From Promethearchaeia archaeon (GTDB lineage: Archaea > Asgardarchaeota > Lokiarchaeia > Sigyniarchaeales > SOKP01): a stretch of DNA of 64,000 bases. Made by a program: the position numbers and the translations under genes. The notes beneath the pieces are model-generated. The model searched no databases. It saw only the letters and a program-made list of their open reading frames with translations, and was not told where the DNA came from. This document shows positions 49,936-59,633 of this stretch, one piece after another. Location: positions 40,779 through 104,778 of the forward strand of contig JAWOCD010000006.1 in NCBI GenBank assembly GCA_046483985.1, given 5' to 3'. Within the stretch, counting starts at the first letter, position 1. The number at the start of each line of letters is the position of its first letter.

Positions 49936-52287
49936 CTAATCGTGACATAAACGCTTAAGTAATGTTGGATCAACTATTTCTCGTGGTTCCCAACCGTTCT
50001 CTTCGAGATAGTCCTTGATTTCGGATTTCATACTGATTGGGATATCTGAATCGACTCGAATAAATTTATCCAGATCTTCTGGAAAGTCGACTCCTTTATA
50101 TTTTCGTTCAAGATCAATCCAGTGTGATAATTTGATCATCCGTCCTTTTGAGTTATCGGCCGGTCGCATACACATTTTTGCGGCTAAGCAAATTGCCTCT
50201 TCGATATCCTCAGCAGTAGTTAGCAAGTGTTCTGGACCAGGCCCGACAAGGTGATCAGCTGTACCATCTCTGGCATTATAAACCTTCCAATCCTCTTCCT
50301 TATCAGCGCGTCCAAGGTACATCCGTCTATATTCTGCAGCATGAGGTCCAACAATAGCTGGAATACCCATACTATTACAACTGCTGGCAATACTGGCAGC
50401 TTTTTGACTCATTGCACCCCAAGCAATACCACAAGCTCCAACACGATTCAAAATATAATCGGCAATCTCCTCGAAATTGCCTCTCAGCGGTCGTCGTGCA
50501 AATATGTTCGCAACTTTACAAGCTGCTCCATTGATATGTGGATTAGACACACAAGAACCCACATTTACTAAACCACCGCGATCAAAATCTCCCGGAAATC
50601 TATCATATAAGGTCTCTCCGTCTTCGTTCTTTACCAATCCAATATCCATTGCGGCACAGCCAGAAACTACAACAATGAAATTACGTTTACAAAATTCCTC
50701 CGCAAGTTTATAAAGCTCTTGGATTTCCTTTCCATAGTTTGCGCAACCAATAATTGCAACAATACCCGGAATTTCTCCAAGGACAATCGGCGCTCCGACA
50801 TTTCGAACCTCGGTATCTCGAATAGGTCCTCTTCCTACGCGGATGTTAAATTTCTCGTTTCGGATCTTCTCTCTGCCAGCATGCATTATCAAGGTTAGCG
50901 GCGAAACGTCTTTCATACAGTCTACCTCACAGCGTCCGCAATCAAGACATGCATCAAAACATTTATCTGCTAAGATCGAGAAATCTCCCTTTTTTGCCAA
51001 TTTTACCCCTTCAACAAGAGGTAAATCGTTGGGACAATTGCGCTGACAATTGCCGCATCCGTTACAGCGAAGGGCCATTTCAATACAACCTTCTTTATCT
51101 GGAACAGCACTCTTTCCTCTTCGCAAGGGTTTCACTTTAATTGCTGTTTTCACAGCCACCTTTCCGGCTTTTATAGGATCTAGTATCAGTACTCCATCAG
51201 CATTTCCACTTACCAAATCATCAACAATTTCCTCAGCAGGATCATCTGTTCTGTCGGGAAGACCATTCATATTTTTTTCATTCGTTGCAATGAATGGAGC
51301 GTCAACTAACTTGGCTTGCTCATATGAGCGAAGGTTTACACATTGCTCATCTACCATTACCACATCGGCGAGTCCAGAGCGAATAAAATGCATTTGTCGG
51401 GAAAGTGAACCCACAATCTTGGCCCCATCATAATATCTGGTTAAATCCAGAGCGGTACAACAAATTGCTCCTACATCAACTTTATCGTCTACCCCCGCTT
51501 CTCTCATATAATCTACTAATTCAATACCGGGCGCAACATTGTGCCCAATCATGAGAATAGTTGCTTTATTTTCGGTATCTAAAGTTCCCATTCCAAGTTC
51601 CACGATTGGGACATCAGGCTCTCCGACCGGAAACCCATAAGCTGCAATCTGAATTGCATCAGCAATTTCCATTCCTACAGCATCACAGAGCCCAGCTAAC
51701 ATCGATTTCGCTTCGTAATCTTTATGACTGGCTTCTTGGCCTGTATGTCCTGCGGCTAATAAATGAGTAATATTAAATTGAACCCATTCCATTGCCTCTT
51801 CTAAATCTTCCAGATCCTCTGGTTTCATTCCCACAATTAATCGGGTCATAGGCATCTCTACTTCAATATTATTACCAAAATCAAGTGGTACATTACCGTA
51901 CTTTTCTTTTAACCAATGAAGGAGATGATCACCATGAGCAGAGTGGCAAGAGGCGCCAATACAGCACGCAATCTCAACAATTCGAGCTTGTTGGGTCTCC
52001 ATATTTATACCGCATGCACCAGTCCTTCCCTTGGAAAGGTTACATTTTCCAAACGTACAAAGACAACACATATCACAAATTGGCATGTAAAATGGTTCAT
52101 ATCGATCCATTAGTTTAAAGAACCACGGTCTGAGAGAAGGTATATGAGGCTTAGGTGTGGGGCCCATAGGTTCCCATTCTTCTTCTGCTCCGTATTGAAC
52201 TTTTCCAGTTGAGAATTCAAATCCTTTTATTGAACCCAATGGACCTTCGTACTCATCAATTTTAAGTTTTGCCCCTTTTTTACTCAT
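49936..52287 (-). CDS. cdhA: ACDS/CODH complex subunit alpha (copy 2)
   Basis: Same motifs as copy 1; start set at ATG 52287 (MSKKGAK) by comparison with copy 1. Confidence 0.96.
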   Translation of the reverse strand: MSKKGAKLKIDEYEGPLGSIKGFEFSTGKVQYGAEEEWEPMGPTPKPHIPSLRPWFFKLMDRYEPFYMPICDMCCLCTFGKCNLSKGRTGACGINMETQQARIVEIACCIGASCHSAHGDHLLHWLKEKYGNVPLDFGNNIEVEMPMTRLIVGMKPEDLEDLEEAMEWVQFNITHLLAAGHTGQEASHKDYEAKSMLAGLCDAVGMEIADAIQIAAYGFPVGEPDVPIVELGMGTLDTENKATILMIGHNVAPGIELVDYMREAGVDDKVDVGAICCTALDLTRYYDGAKIVGSLSRQMHFIRSGLADVVMVDEQCVNLRSYEQAKLVDAPFIATNEKNMNGLPDRTDDPAEEIVDDLVSGNADGVLILDPIKAGKVAVKTAIKVKPLRRGKSAVPDKEGCIEMALRCNGCGNCQRNCPNDLPLVEGVKLAKKGDFSILADKCFDACLDCGRCEVDCMKDVSPLTLIMHAGREKIRNEKFNIRVGRGPIRDTEVRNVGAPIVLGEIPGIVAIIGCANYGKEIQELYKLAEEFCKRNFIVVVSGCAAMDIGLVKNEDGETLYDRFPGDFDRGGLVNVGSCVSNPHINGAACKVANIFARRPLRGNFEEIADYILNRVGACGIAWGAMSQKAASIASSCNSMGIPAIVGPHAAEYRRMYLGRADKEEDWKVYNARDGTADHLVGPGPEHLLTTAEDIEEAICLAAKMCMRPADNSKGRMIKLSHWIDLERKYKGVDFPEDLDKFIRVDSDIPISMKSEIKDYLEENGWEPREIVDPTLLKRLCHD

Positions 52288-52633
52288 AATATTTTTCACA
52301 TCATTTATGTTTACTTTTTTCAATTAAATTAATTAATTAGATTTATATTCGCTTGTATTTTAAATTAATCTAATTCTAGGTAGTTAGAGTTTTTGTGAAT
52401 TTAAAATATAATTATTATGATTTAAAATCCAGAATTCAAAAATACTTAACTAAAAAATGTGTGAGATTTCAAACTTGAAGCTTCAAACTAAGAAATCCAA
52501 CATTATTGATTTTGAATGATTATTCATATACGGGAATCATCGATTGCGATTAACTCGATTCCGCACTCTTGGCACTTGTTTTCGATTTTCTTTCGAAATA
52601 TATCGAACGATCAAAAGATTTAACTCAGAACCG

Positions 52634-53230
52634 TTAAAGTGCGGTGAGAAATTCGGAGATCTCACTCTCATCTTTTTCGCTGTCGACATCTTCCTCATCG
52701 AACTCCTCCAAGAGCAACTCATATTCATAAACACACGCTTCATCGCCCAAAAGCACGCATTGTATCTCTTCTCCAGTGGTGTCGATTTCCAAGTTTTCGA
52801 GGATGCCTTCAAAAATGCCGTTTGAGAGGATGCATAAATTTTTGGCCATTATATTCTCTCTTTCTTCTAAAGGGAGCGGATTTTTTATCATTATTATAAT
52901 ACGGTCCTTTTTAAAAACGGTTGAAATCTTACCGTATCCTAATTGAACGAGTTCATCCATAATGGAATTAATAATTTCCTTTTTCTTGGACAGCGATTCT
53001 CCAGACCAATCTTCATCTGGGTATATATTATTACAAATATATTTTCCAATGGTTTTTCCCACCCATATTATGGTTTCCTCTGCATTTGTTCCGGCAAATT
53101 CGATAAATTCAATTAAATCAATTGGACGGAGCATAAGTAATCGAAGATCTCCTTTTACATCCTCCAAAAATAATTGTCCTTTATCGGTATCTATATTTAT
53201 ATTAGAAAATTTTTTGGAACGTTTAAACAT
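52634..53230 (-). CDS. V4R domain protein
   Basis: LGYG, NLC..GIFEG, EIQCVLLGDEACVYE. Confidence 0.85.
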   Translation of the reverse strand: MFKRSKKFSNINIDTDKGQLFLEDVKGDLRLLMLRPIDLIEFIEFAGTNAEETIIWVGKTIGKYICNNIYPDEDWSGESLSKKKEIINSIMDELVQLGYGKISTVFKKDRIIIMIKNPLPLEERENIMAKNLCILSNGIFEGILENLEIDTTGEEIQCVLLGDEACVYEYELLLEEFDEEDVDSEKDESEISEFLTAL

Positions 53231-53375
53231 GAAATATCACTACTATTTCCTTTATTCTTAAATTAATTCTTAATAATTAAAACAATTTTCATTTATTTAT
53301 ATCTTTTTGATATATTTATAATCTGTCTAAAAAGAGATCAATTCTGCGATCCAGAAATTCCATGAGAAACTCATT

Positions 53376-54413
53376 TTAAAGTAAGTTTAAAACATTTTCA
53401 ATAACAGCATTGATATTGTAGCTTGTTTTCACGGAAGTAAATAAAAATTTCCACTCTCTCCCTTCAATATTGGGAAATTTAAAATAATCAAATAATTCTT
53501 GTTTAAGTCTATCTAATTGTTCTTTCCTAGAATCTGGTTTTAGATTTAATAAATCAACCTTGTTTCCAAGAATCAGTATCGGGATGTCTTGAATTTCATA
53601 GCGGTTGATTATTCTCCAAAACTCTCGTTTAGCTTCCTTAAACCTTCTTTGGTTTGCAACATCCATAAGGTAGATGATAATGTTGGAATCTTGCAGACCT
53701 GTGAGCCATTTTTGACGATAGGCGCGTTGCCCTGGCATATCCCAGAGGGCAAAAAGTGTATCGCTCTCTTCTAAGTACTCAATATTGAAATTGCGAGTGG
53801 GCATAAAGAAATTATCATTAAATTTTCCCGTTGTCAACCTTCGAACTAACGAACTTTTCCCTACCTCATCGATCCCAAATAAAAAAACTTTCGAATAGAT
53901 CTCATCGCCATAGTATTTTAATTTCTCTTCGGGAAATTTCTCAACGTACTCATCCCCGTATCGGCGAATGTCAATAAATAAACTTATAAGAAGATTTTCT
54001 ATTTCATCATCGTTGGCAAGAGAATTGTCACTTTTCTCATTAAAGTATTCGCTAATGAGCTCTTTAAAGATATCTTTATAATCATAGGGATTATCCTCTT
54101 TTTCAAAAATAAGACCGATCATAATTTTTTGGCTTAAACTCACCGTATAAATGTTAAGATCACCAATTACTTGGGGGACGGGCTCAGGTAATGAGAAAAG
54201 CTCATCAATTTCCAAGACATTAGCATGATTAATATGGTCTCCATTATTATTTTTTAATTTTGATACCAATTCACCTTGGTCATGCCCAAAAATGATTTTT
54301 TCTACCAAATCTCTCTTCTCTATTGTGATAATATCATCTGGATATGAATAAATGTTTAAATTGTCTAAATCTTGGATATTTTTCCCTTTAAATAAAAAGA
54401 TATTATACAGCAA
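53376..54413 (-). CDS. Small GTPase with N-terminal longin-like domain
   Basis: GIDEVGKS, PTR, WDMPGQ, GNKVD, TSVK. Confidence 0.88.
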   Translation of the reverse strand: MLYNIFLFKGKNIQDLDNLNIYSYPDDIITIEKRDLVEKIIFGHDQGELVSKLKNNNGDHINHANVLEIDELFSLPEPVPQVIGDLNIYTVSLSQKIMIGLIFEKEDNPYDYKDIFKELISEYFNEKSDNSLANDDEIENLLISLFIDIRRYGDEYVEKFPEEKLKYYGDEIYSKVFLFGIDEVGKSSLVRRLTTGKFNDNFFMPTRNFNIEYLEESDTLFALWDMPGQRAYRQKWLTGLQDSNIIIYLMDVANQRRFKEAKREFWRIINRYEIQDIPILILGNKVDLLNLKPDSRKEQLDRLKQELFDYFKFPNIEGREWKFLFTSVKTSYNINAVIENVLNLL

Positions 54414-54579
54414 GAAATTTCTCAGAGCTTTCTAAATATTAATCTTTTAAAAGATTAAATTTTCTATATTTAAAAAAATTTTTTATCCTACTCATTAGAA
54501 CTTCTCTTTATTTAACTTAAGAAAAAATAAATTTAAATCAAAAATATGATAAGAAAATAAAAGGGAGTTTTTAAAAAAA

Positions 54580-56163
54580 TTATTCCGAATCCGTTTGTTT
54601 ATCTTGCTGAGATATATCTGTATCGTCTTCCTCTGTTTTTTTTTCGGGTTCTGGAAGAGGTTCCGGCTCCGGTATGGTTTCACTAGGTGCAGGTTGCTCG
54701 CCAGTTGACGGTTCAGAATCTTCTTCAGTAGATGTTCGATCGCCCTCAGAACTACTAACTGAAGTTTCACCCACTGGAGTTTCGCAGATCGGGCATTTGG
54801 TCCACCCCTTTCTAAGACCATAACCACAATTTAAACATTCTCTTAGATTACCTTCTTCTTGCCATTCAGGTATATTTAATTCTTGGCCCTGCCGTTTTTT
54901 CTTCAATTCCTCCAATTCCTCCTCACTCCATACTTCCATACCTTCGGGTATTCCAGAACCTCGTTCTTCTGCTAAATTTTGAAGAGATTCTTTATCCCAA
55001 GATTCCATATCAGAGGGTACACCACCTTGTCGATTTTGAGCTTGTTCTTGTAATTCTTCTTCGTTCCAAACCTTTAATTCATTTCCTCCTGGAGTTTGGA
55101 CCGTGGAAGACTGTCCAGGTTGAGATGGTTGTTGGGAGGAAGTCGGATATGAAGATGTACCTCCTGCTTCCGTTGTTTGTTGTGGGGCGGATTGAGATTG
55201 TCCTAGTGCGGATGTCGACACACCGGGTTTCCTGGTCGAAGGGGCTTCACAGCATGTTGCTGAGAATCGTAAAAGAGACTCAAAGCATTTTGAGAAGCGA
55301 TCAGACTCACCACTCTCATCTGTACACAAGACAAGACTTTTTCCATCCGATTCAGAAGGGAGTGCTAATCCACAAACCGCCATACTACCCGTTGTTCTCC
55401 CAGATTCCAAAGAAGAAGTGATCTTTTTCATCACTTGCAATAACTCTTGGTCTTTCATGAGGAAATCGCATATTGGCTCTCCATGCCTCTGATAATTTTC
55501 ATGATACTTTACCAAGTTATTCTTTGTAACCGTGGAATCAATTGTATCATATAATAGTGCATGTACATACGGAATAATTTGGGACTTTTCGGCTATTTGT
55601 TCTGAACTATCTAATTCATATCCTCCCAAATCGATTCCGCCCATATAGGGTGCAAATAGGGGCTCTGCATCTTTCAATTTTCCGTATACAATTGGTTTTG
55701 AAATAATACATTTAATATCACCGCAATAAGCTATTGGACTGTCCATCAATTTAGTTTTTTTTCCCTCTATGATAATTCTTGGAACCGTTCGAAAAACTAG
55801 ATTTTCCCAAGGAAGTTCTTTAACGGGAACCACCGCAATACAAGTCTTTTGGATAAAATCTTGGAGCGATTTCACATAATTCTTCAAGAGCTTTTTTAAA
55901 TGTCTTTTGGAATTTTCATATTTTTCTTTTTCGAGTTCGGTTTTTGCATTTTCAACGAATTTATCAAATTTATCCTTATTCGCTTTAACGTTACCTCCAA
56001 ATCTTTTAACTTCTCCGATAATATTATCTTCAAGAATAAATGTAGCATTTTCAATAACATCTTTTTGAAAATCCGTAAGCTGATCCTCCTTTGTCACCAA
56101 ATACTCCGTGATATCGAAATCAAGTTGGTTGATTAAAATTTCAAATAAGTTCTCTTCTGACAT
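54580..56163 (-). CDS. Hypothetical protein with Trp-acidic repeats and zinc ribbon
   Basis: Three ~23-aa W-x-E-E-E-L-type repeats, CLNC..CPIC, disordered linkers. Confidence 0.7.
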   Translation of the reverse strand: MSEENLFEILINQLDFDITEYLVTKEDQLTDFQKDVIENATFILEDNIIGEVKRFGGNVKANKDKFDKFVENAKTELEKEKYENSKRHLKKLLKNYVKSLQDFIQKTCIAVVPVKELPWENLVFRTVPRIIIEGKKTKLMDSPIAYCGDIKCIISKPIVYGKLKDAEPLFAPYMGGIDLGGYELDSSEQIAEKSQIIPYVHALLYDTIDSTVTKNNLVKYHENYQRHGEPICDFLMKDQELLQVMKKITSSLESGRTTGSMAVCGLALPSESDGKSLVLCTDESGESDRFSKCFESLLRFSATCCEAPSTRKPGVSTSALGQSQSAPQQTTEAGGTSSYPTSSQQPSQPGQSSTVQTPGGNELKVWNEEELQEQAQNRQGGVPSDMESWDKESLQNLAEERGSGIPEGMEVWSEEELEELKKKRQGQELNIPEWQEEGNLRECLNCGYGLRKGWTKCPICETPVGETSVSSSEGDRTSTEEDSEPSTGEQPAPSETIPEPEPLPEPEKKTEEDDTDISQQDKQTDSE

Positions 56164-56574
56164 CTTAATATTTCCACAATTTAGTTGTTTTTATCCTATA
56201 TTATAATGAATTACCTAAGTATAAATATTTATTGAATAGGATATGAAAAAACTAATATTTAACCCTTTAGAGCAATAAAGTAATTCAAATTAATCGATTA
56301 ATATTATAATTTTAACTAGACAAAACTCAAAATTTTTTAAATGATGAAAATGTTTTTACACTACTTAAGATATAATTGAAAGAAATTTAGTTGCTTTATT
56401 AAGGTAACTAGCAAAGTTTTTCAGAAATTAATTGGTTATTCATAACACTTAAATATGAAAAAAGATTAGACACTCCTCCTTTAAATATATGGGAAATCTT
56501 TATCCAAGGATTGATTAAAAAAATAAAAATTTATATAGTTCAAAATTTTATATGATACTATAAAGTATATTCTT

Positions 56575-56759
56575 CAAATAGGCGATTATATGTGAGATCA
56601 CTAGTTAATTTTCAAGGAGTTAATTAGTTCTCTCACAATACTGAAATAAGAAAAAGGATAAATATGATTTCTCTAAATATATACGATATCTTAAGCAAAG
56701 AGCGCCTAAAATTTATATACAAAATAGTATTTTATAAAAAAACAACAAATAGGCGATTA
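56575..56759 (+). promoter_or_regulatory. 14-bp direct repeat plus long hairpin upstream of the RHH gene
   Basis: CAAATAGGCGATTA at 56575 and 56746; hairpin at 56591-56637. Confidence 0.45.
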
Positions 56760-56761
56760 AA

Positions 56762-57055
56762 ATTAGAATTGTCACCGTAAACGTTCCTGAGTCATATATT
56801 GAGGCAATAAACAAACTTATTGGCGATGGGGGGTTATATCCTTCAAGATCAGAACTGATCAGGGTAGCAGTAAGAAAGTTTTTGATCAAGGAATTAAAAA
56901 TGGCTAAAAAGATGACAAAATTGAAAAATTTCGAAACCTTTAAAGAGGAAGAAGAAGATGACAATTTTGTCCGCGTTCCAGTTAATAAGATCAACGAAAA
57001 GAATGAACCAGTTCGAGAATTTAAAACTTTTAAAATTGTCGAACGGTTAGAGTAA
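56762..57055 (+). CDS. Ribbon-helix-helix (CopG/Arc/MetJ) protein, apparent ATT start; not in ORF track
   Basis: RIVTVNVPESYIEAINKLIGDGGLYPSRSELIRVAVRKFL; in-frame TAG at 56750 and no ATG/GTG/TTG before the domain. Confidence 0.8.
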   Translation: MRIVTVNVPESYIEAINKLIGDGGLYPSRSELIRVAVRKFLIKELKMAKKMTKLKNFETFKEEEEDDNFVRVPVNKINEKNEPVREFKTFKIVERLE

Positions 57056-57310
57056 GATTAAGCCCAGAATTTTAAAATTTTTTCTCTTTTTTTATTTATT
57101 TTTTCATTTTAAGAACGGGATAACTAATCAGATCATGAAGAAGTTTAAAAATAGTCATATTTTACGATCGAACTAAAAAAATTTTGTTGTTAATTTTTCT
57201 TTCTTTTCCCAAAGGTGAAACGGTTGAATTCATAATTACATAAATATTATATCCAAAACTTAATTATTATATTTTTATACAAACGTAAATACACACGAGT
57301 CGCTAAAAGC

Positions 57311-58198
57311 ATGCTTCTTTTAACAATATTTCATCGGACAATCGGACCTCAAGTTTATATGACCAAGCCAGAAAGTTTAGTAGATGATTTGGATAAGAAA
57401 TATATAACACAGATTAAATCATTATTGGACGCCTCCAAGGAGAACACTTTCTTCACCCATTATTTTGGGAGAGAGTTGAATACTGCAAATTATACATTCA
57501 GTATAGAATCAAACTGGGCTCGGGGGAGGTCAGAACTTGCAATGATCACAGCAATTCTGTCTGAAGAAGAACCCGATTACTCTGCATACAAAAAAACTCT
57601 CTCAAATTTTGTTAACAGGGTTAAAAAGATTCCTCAAATTTATAAAGCCTTTTATTTCAACCGAGGACATCCCGGACAGAAGAAAGAGGTTAAGGAAAAG
57701 CATGAAATACTTGATGAAGAATTGGAAAAAATCTACAAAATTCTTTCAATTAAACAAATCGAAACGGAAGGTCACTTAATAAGTTTAGATAAGTTAAAAA
57801 ATCAAAAAAGAATTGAACTGTCCAACAACCTTATTAGTAAATTAGAGGAAATCTCAGAGGATGTTGATGATAATTGTTTTTTAGTCTTTAGAAGCCGGGG
57901 AAATGCAATGAAATTAGATATCCTCCCCGTGAAGTCCAATGAAGTGATTCGACTACAAGTTATCTTTTCACAACAAAAAACGGTGAATATGCTCCAAGAG
58001 ATATCAAAAGTTTTCACAGAGCATGAGGAAAAATTAACTATGGTGTTTACTTCTGGAATGTGTCAAGAAGCAGACCGCTGCATATATGAAGTCTTTATAC
58101 ATATATCAGACGAAGATTTGACAAAGATAATCGATGATCTATATGAAATAGATGGGATTTTACAAGTAGAATCAAGGAAAATTAGCGTAAAGAAATAG
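57311..58198 (+). CDS. Longin/uDENN-like domain plus C-terminal ACT-like domain protein
   Basis: N-terminal IFHRTIGPQV..ARGRSEL; C-terminal beta-alpha ACT-like pattern ending IDDLYEIDGILQVE. Confidence 0.55.
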   Translation: MLLLTIFHRTIGPQVYMTKPESLVDDLDKKYITQIKSLLDASKENTFFTHYFGRELNTANYTFSIESNWARGRSELAMITAILSEEEPDYSAYKKTLSNFVNRVKKIPQIYKAFYFNRGHPGQKKEVKEKHEILDEELEKIYKILSIKQIETEGHLISLDKLKNQKRIELSNNLISKLEEISEDVDDNCFLVFRSRGNAMKLDILPVKSNEVIRLQVIFSQQKTVNMLQEISKVFTEHEEKLTMVFTSGMCQEADRCIYEVFIHISDEDLTKIIDDLYEIDGILQVESRKISVKK

Positions 58199-58235
58199 AA
58201 CTTATAAATGATGAAGTATGTAAAAATACACTCCG

Positions 58236-59513
58236 GTGGTTGTTATAACTGAAAAGAGAAAAGAAGAAATAAAGCCTAAACTAATGGAATGGGGTATAAT
58301 TAACAAAGAGAACTATACAAATATTAAGGATTTACCAATTAAAAGATGGGACCCCTTATCAACCGTCTCTATAGATATAAAAGAGTTCGGACTTCAGAAA
58401 AAAGTCAGAAATTATGGACATTACTCCTATCTTTCTCCGATTCGAGGTAAAAGGCCAAAAGGGTTTCATGGAGCGGATAAAAAGAAGTTTAAATTTGAAG
58501 AATGTAAAGAATTTATGAAAAATTTAGATATCAAAGATGTATTTATGTCCGTCACTGAGGGAAAACCTATATATCGGGAAGACGGGACTCAATGGGGAGA
58601 TGGATATACAATTATTATTACGGAAGATGAGAAAAGGAAGGACAATCCATTTGAAAAAAAACCTCATAAGATTGAGAAACTCTCAGATGATTGTAAGGCT
58701 GTAACTTTGATTAACCGATATCCCTCAATGGCGAGGGTAGTGGATCCAGAAATCCAAAAGGAGGTTGAATCAAAACTAGGGGAGAATTCACGATTAGCCT
58801 TGGGGATAAACCTTGTTACCATTTCAAGAGAGTTCTATCCCGCATTATGCTTTGATTTGATACCAGAAGAAACTTTATCAGGAATTCTCAATTCAATGAA
58901 ATCTGGAATACTTTATTGCGTGGAAGAATCCATAAATAGAGATTATTATGATATCCCTGTCACTCCCTTTTTTAACATTGGAACCAAAGTCGGCGGTTCT
59001 CAACCTCGCATTCACGGACAAGTTTATATTGATCTTAATGGAGATGGGCACGGGTCTCGATTAGAAGGATATTTAGAAGCTTTTAAAGAAATGGGCGATC
59101 AGTGCCATTTGTGTTTAAGTAGTCATGGCGGTAAAAAACGTATCGTCTTAGATTCTGAATATTGGATATTTTATACTACAGGAAGTCCAGTTAGAAATTA
59201 TCATCTTAGATTCCATCCCAAGGAACATATTCGCCGGTTTAGCCAATTAAATATTAATCAGATCAGCGATTTATCACATGCTCTTAAAAAAGTATTTTTG
59301 GCGCTCGATAAATTGGAAATTGACCAGAATCGGAATATTATCTTTAATGGTTGTCCTTATGGCTATGATGCCAATTTTCACTTATTTGGTGATATTATTC
59401 CTCATGAAATCATTGGAGGGGCGGAAATGGCAGAGGATATGAGAGTTGCTCGGAAGTTACCCGAAGATACAGCCGAAGAACTTAAAGAAGTAATAAAAAA
59501 CCATGAAAGTTGA
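58236..59513 (+). CDS. GalT/HIT-family nucleotidyltransferase-like protein
   Basis: NPF, NRYPS, GGSQPRIHGQ, CHLC, HLRFHPKEH. Confidence 0.7.
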   Translation: MVVITEKRKEEIKPKLMEWGIINKENYTNIKDLPIKRWDPLSTVSIDIKEFGLQKKVRNYGHYSYLSPIRGKRPKGFHGADKKKFKFEECKEFMKNLDIKDVFMSVTEGKPIYREDGTQWGDGYTIIITEDEKRKDNPFEKKPHKIEKLSDDCKAVTLINRYPSMARVVDPEIQKEVESKLGENSRLALGINLVTISREFYPALCFDLIPEETLSGILNSMKSGILYCVEESINRDYYDIPVTPFFNIGTKVGGSQPRIHGQVYIDLNGDGHGSRLEGYLEAFKEMGDQCHLCLSSHGGKKRIVLDSEYWIFYTTGSPVRNYHLRFHPKEHIRRFSQLNINQISDLSHALKKVFLALDKLEIDQNRNIIFNGCPYGYDANFHLFGDIIPHEIIGGAEMAEDMRVARKLPEDTAEELKEVIKNHES

Positions 59514-59633
59514 AAAAAATTGAATGGCAAAAAAAATATAAAAGGTATTGGTTTTTAAATCTATAAATATCACATTTAAATCCAAATCAATGTTTCATAT
59601 TAATATAAAATCTTATTCAGTTGTTTAAATAAA

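Noticed and set aside
46970-52118. Similar antisense ORFs repeated inside both cdhA genes
   Set aside because: Their similarity only reflects the cdhA duplication.
52288-52323. 12-aa N-terminal extension of cdhA copy 2
   Set aside because: The paralog begins at MSKKGAK; the extension is AT-rich leader.
52475-52486. Palindrome TTGAAGCTTCAA upstream of cdhA copy 2
   Set aside because: Single 12-bp palindrome in AT-rich DNA and not seen upstream of copy 1.
56713-56994. 93-aa minus-strand ORF
   Set aside because: Antisense shadow of the RHH gene.
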